A model generated the notes under the pieces. It was not told the origin of the DNA and ran no database searches. It saw only the letters and a program-made list of their open reading frames with translations. 64,000 nucleotides of DNA, taken from the NCBI RefSeq assembly GCF_021869535.1, contig NW_026262712.1, positions 49,662,001 through 49,726,000 of the forward strand. Direction: 5' to 3'. The DNA comes from Mytilus californianus. Taxonomy: Eukaryota. The position numbers and the translations under genes were made by a program. Of this stretch, positions 26,101 through 41,100 are shown piece after piece (position 1 is the stretch's first letter; each line of letters starts with the position of its first letter).

Positions 26101-29100
26101 TTGTTGTCATGTTGTGATTTGTTACAATAAATTGCTCTTAAACATGTTAAAAATAAGCAAGAATCAATTAAAGGAGAGGCGCACATCTTAGTAGTAATCT
26201 ATTTCTGACATTTAATGTTTTTGTTTTATTTGTAATGAAAAAAAAAATTATCTTTGTTATAAATGAAGGCAGAACTTAGTTTTAATTGTAACGTAGATGT
26301 TAGGTAACCACCAATGAGACAAGAGACTGAGAGCTTATTAAAAAAAAACATCTAGATGTCAACATAGTGTCTTCAGCAAGACTTAAAGAAAAACTATACA
26401 TTAAACCGCAATCCTTCATCGTCATCAACAATAGAAATCTGTCCTTGCTATTTGTAAAATGTCATTCCCTGAAACATATAATGGCCAATTTAGTTATTTG
26501 CCTAGATCTATATTAATTTCAGCTTCAAATAAGTCATGATTTTTATATATATTCTGATGTCTTCTTTACCTGCCAATGAAGTATCCTATAGGGTTAGTTT
26601 TTTTGTGATCATTACATTGTTGAGGGTGAATATCACCAATATAAAACAGGCACATGGCTTTTTTGGCAAAAATTCTGACACCTCTCTTTTTACCTATTCC
26701 ACAACTAGCTAAAACAACCCAATTTGATGTGCCTTCAACTCTTTTTCAATGGCATGAAACTTGAAAGATTTTTTTTTTTTTTAAAATGATTATAATGATT
26801 TTTGTCAAGTAGTTTGTATAAAAAAACCATGTAAACTTCTAAGTCATGATGCAACTTTCATTTTCAAATGCTTTATTATATACTTTACATATCCTGGTTC
26901 TGGTTTGGTACTTACCATAGAAAACAACTTCACTTATCACAAACACGGCCTTTCGTCTGATTCAGACAGAGCAAACACTCAAGACTCATAACATCGTATA
27001 AGAACAAAAGGTGCACTCACTGTTATAATTGATTCCACAATCAAATTTCTATACCAAGCTAATACCAAAACAAGATTTACATATATTTCTAAGGCAATTT
27101 ATTGATTATATTTACCTATTATTGTGCTATAATTGATTCAAGTCTGTGGTTTATTGTTTTGATAATGAGGTAGATATTTGCTTTTATTGGTTTAAATTGT
27201 AGATTGCAAAACAATCGCTGACACATTTCTTTTGTGTTTTGAATATTGTTAAAAATAGATTTTTTTTTATGATTTTATAGCGACAGATGAAAGAACTCGA
27301 ATCAAAATTAGCAATAAAGGATGCTGAAATCAACGAACTTCGACAGAGAATTGTCAGAAATGGAACAGTTGTTGTATCAGATTCAAACGGTAAATGTCAA
27401 TCAGATTTGTGGAGAAATGGATTTTCAAAATTAACTTTTACTGAATTAACTTCGAAAAAATACCATGAAAACAATAATTTCAGTTTCGTACTTTTTTTCC
27501 TCCATTTAAATTGTGATATCCATGTTTTTTGCTTCACATCTAATGATTTGCTGTGGTTCTAATTATTCTTATTTAATGCCATACTGTATCTTTATAATAC
27601 ATGTAATATATCTCACTTTAACATGGATGCAAATCTTTTAAATGCAGCGTTAAAATAATATTCACTATAGAGTATCCCCCTTTTACAAAAAAAATTAGTT
27701 ACTTTCACTAATTTTTTCTTTTCATCTTTTATTTAATTTTTGTGACACCCATCTGTTTTAAGGATAGAACATTATTTTTACACGTTTGATGAAAAAAGTA
27801 TTTCTTGTATATCTAAACACCTTATAACTATTTGGGAATCTGTTACACTTGACCCGAGATTTTGCAACACTTGAACTATTGATGTCATACAACAGTCACT
27901 TTTGCATTATGATGTCAGATATTTTATTTCAAAGAAGAATGTTTGTGATGAACAGTAATCGGAAACAAATAGAAATAAGATGTATTTTAATATCAATCTA
28001 GCTTTGATTATGTGTTACTAAATACAAATACAGATTGAAATTGCTTGATTTCTTACTCCCCTTGAAATTCAGTAATTGATTATTTTTTGCTCCAATTTTC
28101 ATTTCAAATTAACTGGTTTAACAAAGCACTCTCAAACGGCTGTTATTCATTGTATTCTATGTGAAAATTATCATTAAGCCCAATTGATTGTCAAACCTTC
28201 ATTGAATTTGATGAAACTTGGACATCAGCTTTTTATGATCCAAAAGACAGTATCCAGAGCAAAATTGAGAAAAACAAAATATTATTTTTAATTTTTCAGT
28301 GTTTTTGTTGAGCCTTCGACTTTTGTCGAAAAAGCGAGACATAGCGATCCTACATTCCGTCGGCGTCGTCGTTGTCGTCGGCGGCGTCCACAAATATTCA
28401 CTCTGTGGTTAAAGTTTTTGAAATTTTAATAACTTTCTTAAACTATCCTGGATTTCTACCAAACTTGGACAGAAGCTTGTTTATGATCATAAGATAGTAT
28501 CCAGAAGTAAATTTTGTAAAAAAAAAAATCCATTTTTTCCGTATTTTACTTATAAATGGACTTAGTTTTTCTGCCAGTTAACATTACATTCACTCTGTTG
28601 TTAAAGTTTTTAAAATTTTAACAACTTTCTTAAACTATCCTGGATTTGTACCAAACTTGGACAGAAGCTTGTTTATGATCATAAGATAGTATCCAGAAGT
28701 AAATTTTGTAAAAAAAAAAATCCATTTTTTCCATATTTTACTTATAAATGGACTTAGTTTTTCTGCCAGTTAACATTACATTCACTCTGTTGTTACAGTT
28801 TTTAAAATTTTAACAACTTTCTTAAACTATCCTGGATTTGTACCAAACTTGGACAGAAGCTTGTTTATGATCATAAGATAGTATCCAGAAGTAAAATTTG
28901 TAAAAAAAATCCATTTTTTCCTTATTTAACTTATAAATGGACTTAGTTTTTCTGCCAGTTTACATTACATTCACTCTGTGGTTAAAGTTTTTTTAAATTT
29001 TAACAACTTTCTTAAACTATCCTGGATTTGTACCAAACTTGAACTGAAGCTTGTTTATGATTAAAAGCTAGTATCTAGAAGGAAAATTTTTTAAAATTTT

Positions 29101-32100
29101 GTTCCACTTTTTCCGTTTTTTACTTATAAATGGACTTTGTTTTTCTTCCAGTTAACATTACATTCACTCTGTTAAAGTTTTTAAAATTTTAACAACTTTC
29201 TTAAACTATCCTGGATTTGTACCAAACTTGGACAGAAGCTTGTTTATGATCATAAGATAGTATCCAGAAGTAAAATTTGTAAAAAAAATCCATTTTTTCC
29301 TTATTTAACTTATAAATGGACTTAGTTTTTCTGCCAGTTTACATTACATTCACTCTGTGGTTAAAGTTTTTTTAAATTTTAACAACTTTCTTAAACTATC
29401 CTGGATTTGTACCAAACTTGAACTGAAGCTTGTTTATGATTAAAAGCTAGTATCTAGAAGGAAAATTTGTTAAAATTTTGTTCCACTTTTTCCGTTTTTT
29501 ACTTATAAATGGACTTGGTTTTTCTTCCAGTTAACATTACATACAGTCTGCAGTTTAAGTTTTTAAAACATTTATTAGATTCATAAACTATCCTGGATTT
29601 TTACCAAACTTGGACAGAAGCTACTTACAATCAAAAGATAGTATAGAGAGGAATATTTTTATTAATTTTTTTCCTCATTTTTGTTGAGCCTGCGATTAAC
29701 AGCAAAAGTAGGCGAGACACTGGGTTCCGCGGAACCCTTACGAATTTTTTAAAAAATATGATATTTTTTTCCCTGTATTTTAGTGATCAATGAACTTAGT
29801 TTTTGACAGTAAATATAAATGATACCAGCTATTGCAGGTGAGACACAGGGTTCCGCTGAATCTTTTACAAATTAACAAAACACAAAACTGGTACCTTGCA
29901 GATAGTTATCATATTGAAAACAATGCAGATCAGGTCTAGTTATTTAGCTTGATTCGATTCCAGGTGACATTAGCTGTACCAAAGGATTAGAACGAGAACG
30001 TACATTAGATAGGTTAAAACGAAAACGTAAGAAAAGATTGCCTGAAGAGATGGTCGTTGTTTTTTTAATTCCCCTTTAATTCTCCACTAACATTTTCTAC
30101 CTCTAATGAATCTATTTCTTCAGAGTTCTCTCTTTTTCTTTAGTTCTTTGGTGGTTGGATTTTTATTTAATTTAGAATTAAAATGTTCTCTGTAAAGTAA
30201 GGGAGGGACAGACATTTGACGATATGTCCAGGGTACTATTTTGGTGTACCCTGTAAAAAAAAAATTTAATTAAAAAATTTTACAATACTTATCAGGGGAA
30301 TATTCATGGATAACACTGAAAATAAATTAATATATACTGTAAGATTTTCAATACTCTTACAATAATATATAATTCAAAAGATGTTTCTAACAGAGCCTAA
30401 AAAGTCAGAAGAAATAGTTATTCAAATCCTTATGCAAGATGTTATCAGAAAATCTATTTCTTTTCACATTTCAAGCAGCGCTTAGACGTAGAAAATTCCC
30501 TTGCGGTATTGGTAAGTGCCCAATAGCCAAGATTCCATCACAGAACAGTCACACAATCCCATAGATCATGCATGCTCACCAAACTTCATCACATTTAGTC
30601 AGAGAACATTTTCATGTTGGTTTTGATTAGAATACTCATTCTATTTTGTCTTTCAGCCGTTTAAATGTCCAAAGCAAGGTAGCCGCAAAAATGTCTGGTT
30701 GAAATACAGATTATACCTTGATGCTTCGCTTACATTTATCTGATAAAACTCCTATACTCTCTGTTCTGATAATTTTTTCAGAAGCAGCAAAATTTCTGCT
30801 TCAAAATTTTAGAAGGTTTGTATTATGTATCAACATGACAGAAAATGAGGCTCTCTAGGTCTTAATATCAGAAAGTAAAAAAATAAAAAGTGTCATATTC
30901 TTGTTAGCTATATGTGGACAATCGGTATTTAATCAGATTGCTTAAAATTAAGGCAGCTTGTTTTCAGAATAATTTCTTAATATTTGCCTAAGGAAAAAGA
31001 ATGAATCATGTGATTTGTTTTGTTCATTATTTCATAATAGATATGAGATGGTTTTAACAAATGTACAGTTTACTTTGTCAGTTAATGAACTGCATCTTTA
31101 AATATTTTTTTTTACCAATGGTTTGTGTGACCATATTTGTCAGGTATGCCTTAGTTTTGGATTGTAGCATGTCTCTTTCAAATCCTTTATTGTGTATTAA
31201 TATATATTCATAAGTGTCCACTCTAATTCCATTTAGTCACTATGGTGCACATTCTATGCATTAGTGACTTGTTAATTTTTAAATGCAGTTCAAATTCTCA
31301 GAATGTCTATTACAGATGGAGGAGAGATATGAACCAACTTATTTGAAAAGATTGAACATGCAAATAATAAATGTTGATGGAATACATGTAGATAGGAATT
31401 GTATGACAAAGCATTGGCTGCATTTAACTTTTATGTGTGTGATTATATCAAGACACTTTCTGGATGTCTAAATAGGTCTATTTAGAAATCATACAAATAG
31501 TCAAAATTTGCCCCCAAAATAAAAAGACAATAAATAGGCAAAACTTCCAGTAATAAAGTGGCAGTTGTAACCTACTTATTATGTTTGAATGGATTTTAAG
31601 TCTGCCAGGTTAGTCTATAACTTTAGGTTTATATTTGTAGTGTCTGTATACCTTATAGGGTTGAACATTTTCATTTGTGACACAATTGAAGTTTGAGGTC
31701 CATATTTAAGGTATCCATGGGCTTTATAAGGTAATAAATTCCACATATAAAGGATCATAGATTGCCTTAGGTATCATACAATCTAGTTTTCATACTACCT
31801 TTCAGAATTAAATTTTATGTGGTTTATTTTTGTGTAGAGTTGCATGGATATTACAACTTGTAAAATGTGTTAGAGGTTTTATTGTCTTTGTCATAGAAAC
31901 TTGAGTTCTACTAATTCTGTTAAAAATGTGTAATTTTATGATTTTAAATGTTTCTATTTATTTAGCAGAATGTAGGTTTTTTGCACTTTCTGTGCTTTTA
32001 ATATAAAGTGTTTTAATGTTGTGCTGTGAATATGAAAGCCATGGTCTTGTAGCACTTTTTGTGTGCTTTTTAAAAGAAAATGGTGATAAAATCATAAAAT

Positions 32101-35100
32101 TACCATACCATATCATTGTCTTCTTATGTTTAAATCAATGAGCAAAAATTAGGTTAAGAAAACCATAGTCAATATATATAGAAATAAGAACAAATGTTGA
32201 GGTTATAATATATAAATATACTTATGTAAATTTGGTAGGTTGTTGATTGTTTGCATGAGGAATTTTTACATTTCAGTAAAACTTAAGCATTTTTCTGCAC
32301 ACTCGATACATTTTGGTTTGGTTAGGCATGTCTGCAGCTTCGTGGCCTATATATTTTGTTTTATCATTTGATTTTGTAAAATTATGCAACTTGTACTTAA
32401 ACTATATATATATATATTTAGGTGTGGTATAATTTGTTATTCTCTTTATTTTAGAATATGAAGTGGAAAAGTTAAAGAAGGCAGTAGATGCCTTGATGTT
32501 ATCAAATCAAGAAAAAGTATGTCATTAATTCTTAATTTTTGTAGTACCTTCTGACAGTAGGTGTTATGATAGTTGTACAGTGGCAGATAATGCATGATAG
32601 ATGTACAATGGGGGATAATTCAAATGAAATGATGTAATCTTTGGAAAGTAATCAATTTAGGAACAATGTTGAGTAATGCAATTTCTTCTTTTTTATATAA
32701 ATGCAAGATACGGAATTAGCTAATAATTTACATTAAGTGGTGTTTGGTGTATATCAATATTAGTTTTTTTTTTTGTTAATAACTAAGTGCTATGATGGTG
32801 TTTGTAAGAGAAAGGATTGAAAATAATTTCAAAGAAAATTTGACTAATGGTGTTTTTTTTATTCCAAAAGAAATTAAGGAAATAAATTTTATGTCATATG
32901 CAATAACATAAAATTTGTCTTTTCAACTGTCTATCCCACCCCTTCCTTAATACTCAAAATCTGTAAAAGCTCTTGTAATATTGCAGTTTTCTCAGTACAA
33001 GGTTTCACTATGTTAAAACCAGCCCCTATAGTCCTATAGTAGGGCCTTTTTGTGCTGCTTTATCTTCCTATGAACTGCCATCTAATATGCTAGCTTGTTT
33101 AAAATCTAGCTCAGTGTGTCAATTTAAAAATAAGATGTTGTATGATTGCCAATAAGACAACATTCCACAACAGACCAAATGACTTAGAAGTTATCAATTT
33201 TAGTTCACCATACCACCTTCAACAATGATAGAAACCCATACCACATAGCAAGCTATAAAAGGCTCAGACATGACAAAAAAAAATAATTGAAACGATAAAA
33301 CTAACAACCAGAAGAAGCAGGTTTTATTCATATATCATCAGGATGTTATGATCATGCATGTAATATTTGCAGTTGGACATAAAGCACCCATAAATGTGTG
33401 TCCAATATAATCTCAATAATGAACAGTTCATACTTAATTCAAACTACTTATACATGTACTTTAATCATTTCAATTTTTAGGACAAAAGAATAGATGAAAT
33501 GAGAAAGTTAGTAAGAAAGTATAAAAAGATTGAAGAAATGGTCATTCATGCTCAAGGTAGAAAAGGTAAGTAATACTGTTCCAATTTTATCTGACTTGGC
33601 CCAAAGCTTTTCCTGACACCAAACATGATAAATAGTAAGCTAAACAGTCAAATTTCATAATTGATTAGACATTCAGTCAAAAAAAAAATACACCTGTGTT
33701 TGCTGCCTCTCTACCTACCCTAGCAAATTGTTTTGGACATTTTTGGTTATGCACTGTTAAAACAACAGTACATTGCCCTATATAGTCTTATGTAAAATAT
33801 TTTTAAAAATAAAACTATTTAACCTAGCAACCTACCCTATTTTTCTGCCTGGAGTCAAGAAATTAGTATAGAAAATTTAACCTCATGTATAAATATCTTT
33901 TACAAAATATTTATAAATGTATTTGCTATTGCAGCTTAAAATAATATGCCAAATTCAAATGAAAATAAGGCCAGTAGCTGACAAGTTTAATCCTTATTTG
34001 TGTTACCTTCAGGACGATTGACAAATGTTTTAGTTTAAATCAGAAAATCAATCATACAGACAAATATATGGTCAGAATGAAATATATTTCTGTTTCCTGC
34101 CTCCCACCTACTATGATGAGTTACTGATTGATGTTTATGTTTGGTTCCGCTCTGAAGATTTTTGCCGAAATTTTCCAAATTAAGTGAAAATTACAGTTTT
34201 ACAGACTTTTTTTCTAAACACCTTCACATATTGAGCAGATTTTTAGTATGCGAGTCTACTATGACGAGTGACAGATTGAGTTTATGTTTAGTTCAGCTCT
34301 GCTGATTTTTGTTGAAATTACAGTTTAGGTTTTGATCCTCTCCGATGATGAATTTTGCCATCAAGTTTTTTGTGCGAGTGGACCATTCGTGTCAATCCGA
34401 CACATCTAGTTGATTGTATTGTTTGAGCAAGAAAGCTTTGGATGAACAGATATTATGACTGTGTTCTTAGTTTCTGAGGATGTGGTTCGAAGTACACACT
34501 ACAATTTATCATTGAATCTTTTTTCTAAGTTGTTGCTGATTCTGTTGAATATTAATATTAAGAAGGATTGCCTGTCGACTAAAACTGTTCCAAATTGCAT
34601 TTCTTTTCTATCTTTTTCTAGCGTTAGATGAAATGATGATAAATGCTGAAGACGACACAAGCTCAACAAGTTCTACGACACCTTCATTGTCAGACCCTAC
34701 TAGAGATATGGTATGTACCAGCCTCAAAGTTTTGTACAAAACGTTTCCATGAGATTTTGATTTTGAATAAAATATTAAAAGAAAGAAAGAAGGAGAGATT
34801 TTGGATAAAGAAAACTAAATAAATGTAAAAAAAAAAACAACAGTAGTTTGAATTTAGTCCGACATAATTTAAAATTTTTTTTTTAAATCAGTTAATGAAC
34901 GTCAGGTTGGAATTTACTGTTGGAAATAAAACACAAATCCAAAATGTCATTATGACATGAGACTAAAAGATGATTTATAAGAATTGGAATCAGATTACTA
35001 CAAAGAAATGATTTTAACAATATAATTGGTATTTTTCAGTATGATGATAAGACTTACTCTTCCCCTAGTGCTACAAGTACACCTGGTAAGTACACCTTAT

Positions 35101-38100
35101 TTTCCTACACGAACGAACAATTACTGTAAATTCAGAAATTATTGTGTGCATTTATTATTTCAATTTTTAAAGAATGGACAAAAATGTGAGATTGATTATT
35201 GCATTTTCAGGAAAAGCTGCGTACATTTGTATCAGATATCAAAACGTGTGGTTCATATTACTGCCATACTAACCCAGTCACATTATTCACATTAATAAAA
35301 ACCTTTCAATAATTTCTGAATTTAATGTTTATAATGAATAGTGGCTAAAGGTGTTGAAAAAGGTCACACAATTATTTTGAGTTCCTCCTTTTTGTTTGAT
35401 GCTTATAAATATTTTCAGAAATAATGATACAGTGATATCTTGTTTTTAAAGAAAAAAATTAAAAATTCAGAAATATTAATACTGATGTATTAGTTTTATC
35501 AGAATGTTCATTGAATTACGTATTTACACTTCATTTTTAAATATCTATTTATAGTTCAGTCTTACGAAGGAAACAATTTATTGGTCAGTACTCCAAAAAG
35601 ATCCTCTGGTGGTTTACAACGATCAAATAGTGCCGAAGATGTCACACCAACTAATAAAAAAGTAAGTCAATTTCGCTCAGAATAAATTGAACCTAACACT
35701 GAATGAATTTCAAAATTTCTTTTGAAATTAAAACTTTCTAAAGCTTACAACAATAAGAAATTCTACATGCATAGTTTAAATTTACAATATCTTACTAAAA
35801 AGGGATGTCTTACAGATGGTTTTCAAAACATTCCTAATATTCAATTTTTTACTAACTTAGAAAATTTTTTTTTAAAACAATTCCTGCAGCTAGAACTGTA
35901 ATTGTTTTGCTCTAAAATTTGGGTCATTGTCTAGCCTCACAATTATGTTAAAACACTTGGTAGACTTACTTGAGGTAACTGTACCTCTTAGAATGACAAA
36001 ATTAAAATGCCTTGCATAATATAAGATTTTACCATCTGACAAAACATGAAAACATGTATTTTTGAAAACTTCAGAAAGCACAAAGTTATTCTGTGATAAC
36101 TATGTAGGTTTTCTAAAAGACAGTATAAAGATATTCTAGCATTTAATGATACCCATACTAATAAGTATTATTATATTGGAAAGGAAGATAATTTTAATCA
36201 TATATTTAGATTTACTTTATATTTCCAAATAAAAAAAGAAAAATTCACATAAAATTGTATCAATAATCGAAACCCATGATACCACAATCAAACTTCAGTT
36301 AATAAATGACTCCAAAATTGATACATTTTTACTGACTATAATTTATTTATATTCCAGAAACATATAATTACTAACAATAATCATCCAGAAAGTTACAGTT
36401 CTGCTGGTCCGGAATCATATGGTACGTTAGTTAAGGAAGATCATACTGAAGTCCGAAGGTCTCGGGGCTTTCCTGCATTAGGCAGGGCTTTGATGAGGGT
36501 GAAAAGCGGCAAAAGGAGTACCTCGGCCCCTAATTTAGGTGATGGGATTACCAATATAGAGTCTGCAGTAGATAAGTGTAAATACCTCCGCATGCCACGT
36601 TTCTGTCCAGTACTCAGACTAACATATAATACTGTATCAGTTCATCCTGGTTCCTTGCAACTTTTAAGAAGACACAGTTTTGAGCAGTGTGATTTAGTGT
36701 TATCAGTCCCATTTCATAATCTTGATATTGATCCCTTTTCATTAATCTTGATCTTAATCTTGAAAATAATATAGAATATAAATATGAATAGGACTTGAAA
36801 CCAATTTTTCAAATTCTTGATAACCTCTTCAAATATTACAAAATTCCATGTATTTTAACCAATCAATGTATTTATCTGAAACACATATATTATTTAGGTC
36901 CAATCAAGCTTAGATAATTATGCATATAACTTAAGGTATAAATAAAAGTTAGAAGGGTTGGCTTCTTGTCATAAGAGAACTTGTTTAGATTTAGTTTTAA
37001 TGCATAGCCTTTAGTAATACACATTGTATCAAAAAAAGTTTGAAGTAGATTATTTATGGATATATTTATCTAAAAGAACAATTTTAGTTTGGTCCAATCA
37101 AGCTTGATTAATCATACATATCCTTAAACATATAAAATATTATCAAATAATTAATTTTTGAACTAAATTTTGAAAATTCTATTATGTAGATAAGTAGCCC
37201 ATTTCAGGCTTAAAGTTTTGAAGTTGACTTTAAATTTAGTTCTCATAAGGTTTTTATGGTGTTTTGGGTTTATAGAATTTTTATCAATGAATTGCCTCTA
37301 CCTCACGTGAAAACAGAAATTTCTCTTGAGTTTGAAACTTCCAGGATTTGTTTACCTGTAATAGATATTAAGCAAAGTGGGGCATTTTAATCAAAGAGTA
37401 ATGTATTATCCTGTCCCTAATTATTCTTAGAAACACACTGCTCAAAATTGTCTTACATAAAGATAAAAAGGCATGCGTCCAGATTTACATATATATCCCA
37501 GTTCTGATTTATATACTCCTCAGTTGTAAGCTAATTATATTCCAGTATGTCAGCATGGTTATAATCAATAACGAAACACTTTGTTCTTCAAATGCTTGCC
37601 AAAGATGACTAACTCCTCATTTAATATATATTGTGATTTTTGTATGCAAAAATAATAAAAATTGTATGTATTTGAGAGGCTTCATGAAGCTCTCATGCAA
37701 AATTCCAATAATGACTTAAAATAGAAAGTACTGAGATAGTTCCAGGCTGTCTTCAAGGGAAATTAAACCTTGCAAAATCTCTATTGGGGGGACCCTAGGT
37801 GACCTGTTGCAAAGCATGATTTTACAATTGTCTAACATTCTTTGTGACATTCCAAAAATTCATGACAATCAACTTACTGTGAGACTGTCATACAAGTGAG
37901 AGGTTTAGCTAGCTATAAAACCAGGTTTAATCCACCATTTTCTAAATAAGAAAATGCCTGTACCAAGTCAGGTATATGACAGTTGCTTTCCTTTCATTTG
38001 ATGTGGTTGAACTTTTGATCTTGCCATTTGATAAGGGTCTTTCTTTTTTGAATTTTCCTTGGAGTTGGGTATTTTTGTCATTTTACTTTTTTTTTTCAGA

Positions 38101-41100
38101 ATTTAAGTTATCTTTATAGTTAATTTGTTCTTGTTCTTGTGTCAGTAATATGACGATTAGTATTTAGTAAGCAATTCTTCTTTGTCCATGAGAAATGGAT
38201 AAGGCTACATAGTCATAAAATGAATTTCAAGGGTACACTAAAAAATGGGTTCATTGAAGTATTCATTTGTGCTCAACGATTTTTTTTAGTTAAGTAACTT
38301 ATGTATTTGGTGTTGTGAATAGTTAAAATAGTGTCTTTAGATTTAATATCAACCTTTTAATTTTAGGGAGATTTTTTATGCCCCATTTATGGGCATTATG
38401 TTTTTTGGTCTGTGCATCCATTCGTTCATTCATCCGTCCATTCGTCCGTTCGTCCGTCTGTCCCTCTGTCTGTCCCGCTTCCGGTTAAAGTTTTTCAGGT
38501 TAAAGTTTTTGGTCAAGGTAGTTTTTGATGAAGTTGAAGTCCAATCAACTTGAAACTTAGTACACATGTTCCCTATGATACGATCTTTCTCATTTTAATG
38601 CCAAATTAGAGTTTTGACCCCAATTTCACGGTCCACTGAACATAGAAAATGATAGTGTGAGTGGGGCATTCGTGTACTATGGACACATTCTTGTTTTTAA
38701 GGGGTAGGGGGAGGGGGCAAATCTTGCCCCAGGATTTGAGAATGATGATTTTTTTTTCTCGCCTGAGTAAGATATAGGGATTGCTTTTCCAGTGACGTCT
38801 GCAGCGGTGGTGTCAACAATTGTTAAATTTTCTGCTTAAGTTAGTTTGATAGGAACTACTTGTGATAGATCATTGATATTTAATATGAAGTTGCATTACT
38901 ATCAGTACATATCAGTTTGACAACTATTTCGAGGCCTACCCCCTAGGTCATGGTCCAGTGACTTTGAATTAATAAGCAATTTTCAATGTTAAGTTTTCTG
39001 CTTAAGTTAGTTTGATAGGATCTACTTGCATTGTAATAGATCAAATGATATTTTGTATGAAGTTGTACATATCAGTTTGACGACTATTTTGTATCCTTGG
39101 CCCCTAGGACATGGTCCAGTGACTTTGAATTAATTAGCAATTGTCAATGTTAAGTTTTCTGCTTGAGTTAGTTTGATAGGATCTACTTGTGATAGATAAA
39201 TTATATTTTGTATGAAGTTGCATTACTATCAGTACATATCTGTTTGACGACTATTTTGAGGCCCTGCCCCCTAGGTCATGGTCCAGTTACTTTGAATTAA
39301 TTAGCAATTTTCCATGTTAAATTTTCTGCTTAAATCAGTTTGATAAGAATTTTTTGTGACAGATCAGTTTGTAGACCATTTCTAGGCCCTGCCCACAAGG
39401 TCATGGTCCAGTGACTTTGAATTAATAAGCAATGTTGCTGTCCATCATATTGTCTTTTTCTGAATTTAATGTGCACAGGCAAGACATATCTCTGTGTCAA
39501 CAGTTTATTTGTTTTATCATCTGATTCAGACAATTTTACATATACATGTATAATAGCACTAAACAAACCTTCCTGTGTGAAGCATATTTAGAAATTCTAC
39601 AGATTTTAATTTTGCCTGAAATCGATACTTGTGTAATACTATATCTATATGATAAGAAATTTAATGGAAGTTAAAATAGCTACAATCAAACAGAAATTCG
39701 ATAAAGTGGTGATTTAGATTAAATGATAAACATTTCAAAATGATATCCTCATTTTAATAGGGTTTGATTATTTTAATCGTCAAATTTGAAATCATTCCCA
39801 AGTGCAACATTTTCTACAGATAGTATTTCAAAGTTAATTATGAATGAAAAAAACAAAAATGCATGCAAGAACAATAAACAAATTGATTTGTGCATCTGTT
39901 ATCTAGAATTTCATTTTTCTTTTGATGCAGTAAACCATTTGTTTATGTTTCCATAACAACAGATAAAAATTGCCCATCCATTTAACAGAGGTTGTTTGGA
40001 GAGGAAATGATAAGAACAATATGTTTATTAACATCCTGTTGGTGATAAGTGGGTTTACTCAAGAGTCGGTAATCATTTAATAATGGGACATACTAGAGAT
40101 TCTTGTTACTGATTGTATTGTTTTAATAAGAATTATGGATGATATGAATTTAGGTAATGTAGTTTTGCTTATTTTTCATAATTCATTTTCTAATTGATAT
40201 ATAAAATGATGATGATTTGGTTTGTCTTTTTAGTTGTTTTTATTAGACAAGAAGATAATTTTTTATTACACTTTGAATGAATTGAATCTGACTTATGGAA
40301 ATTAGAAAATAAAAATAAAACATTAAATGAATGATTTAAAAAAAGAAAATAGATGAGAAATTTTTAAAATGAAATGGAAAATGAATATTTAAAAGCATGA
40401 TTCTGCTTCTTTTGAAGTTCATTTTGTCACCCTCCCAACATAAAAAAAAAGGTTTGCCATCTCCCACTCAGTCATCTCTAATTACTTTGTTAATTTCATG
40501 CTTATGTTCATGAAATAGCTTTGTCTTGAATTGCTGAATGGACAGAAAAGGGTTATGCTATGAAACGAAACCTCCATTAGCCCCTCCCCTCCCCCCCCCC
40601 CCCCAAAAAAATAAAGAAAAAAGAAATTAAGATTGGTATTTAAAAACAATTGTTAATTCAGTATTGTCTTGTCATATTATGTTACTATTTTAACAATATC
40701 ATAGAATGCTAGAAATGTCAGAATATAATTATGTCTATATACTACATTGAAAGTATATCTGTTTTAGCATGTTTTAAACATACTCCTTAATTGCATGCAT
40801 TTATTCAATTAACAATTATTATTTAAAGAAGAAAAATGTACATTTCATTGCAATTTGATGTTGAAGAATCTTTTTGCTTCTTCATTTGTTATTTGCCAAT
40901 TTCTTTTTCTTTTTCTTTTATTACTTTGGCAAGAAGTTAAGATTATTTTTGTTTATAATCCTTTCAAATGATATTGATGAAAAACCATAGTTGATAGCTT
41001 CTTTTTAATGAGTTGCTAATGGTACAGTTTTTATACGCCCGTTTACGGGATGTATTATGGTATACCTCTGTCCGTCTGTCTGTCCGTCCGTCTGTCCGTC

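Noticed and set aside
27390-27562. Read-through of ORFs past donors at 27389, 46195, 49476 and 50193
   Set aside because: AT-rich intron-like composition, normal donors, and lengths expected once ORFs are filtered at 60 aa or more.
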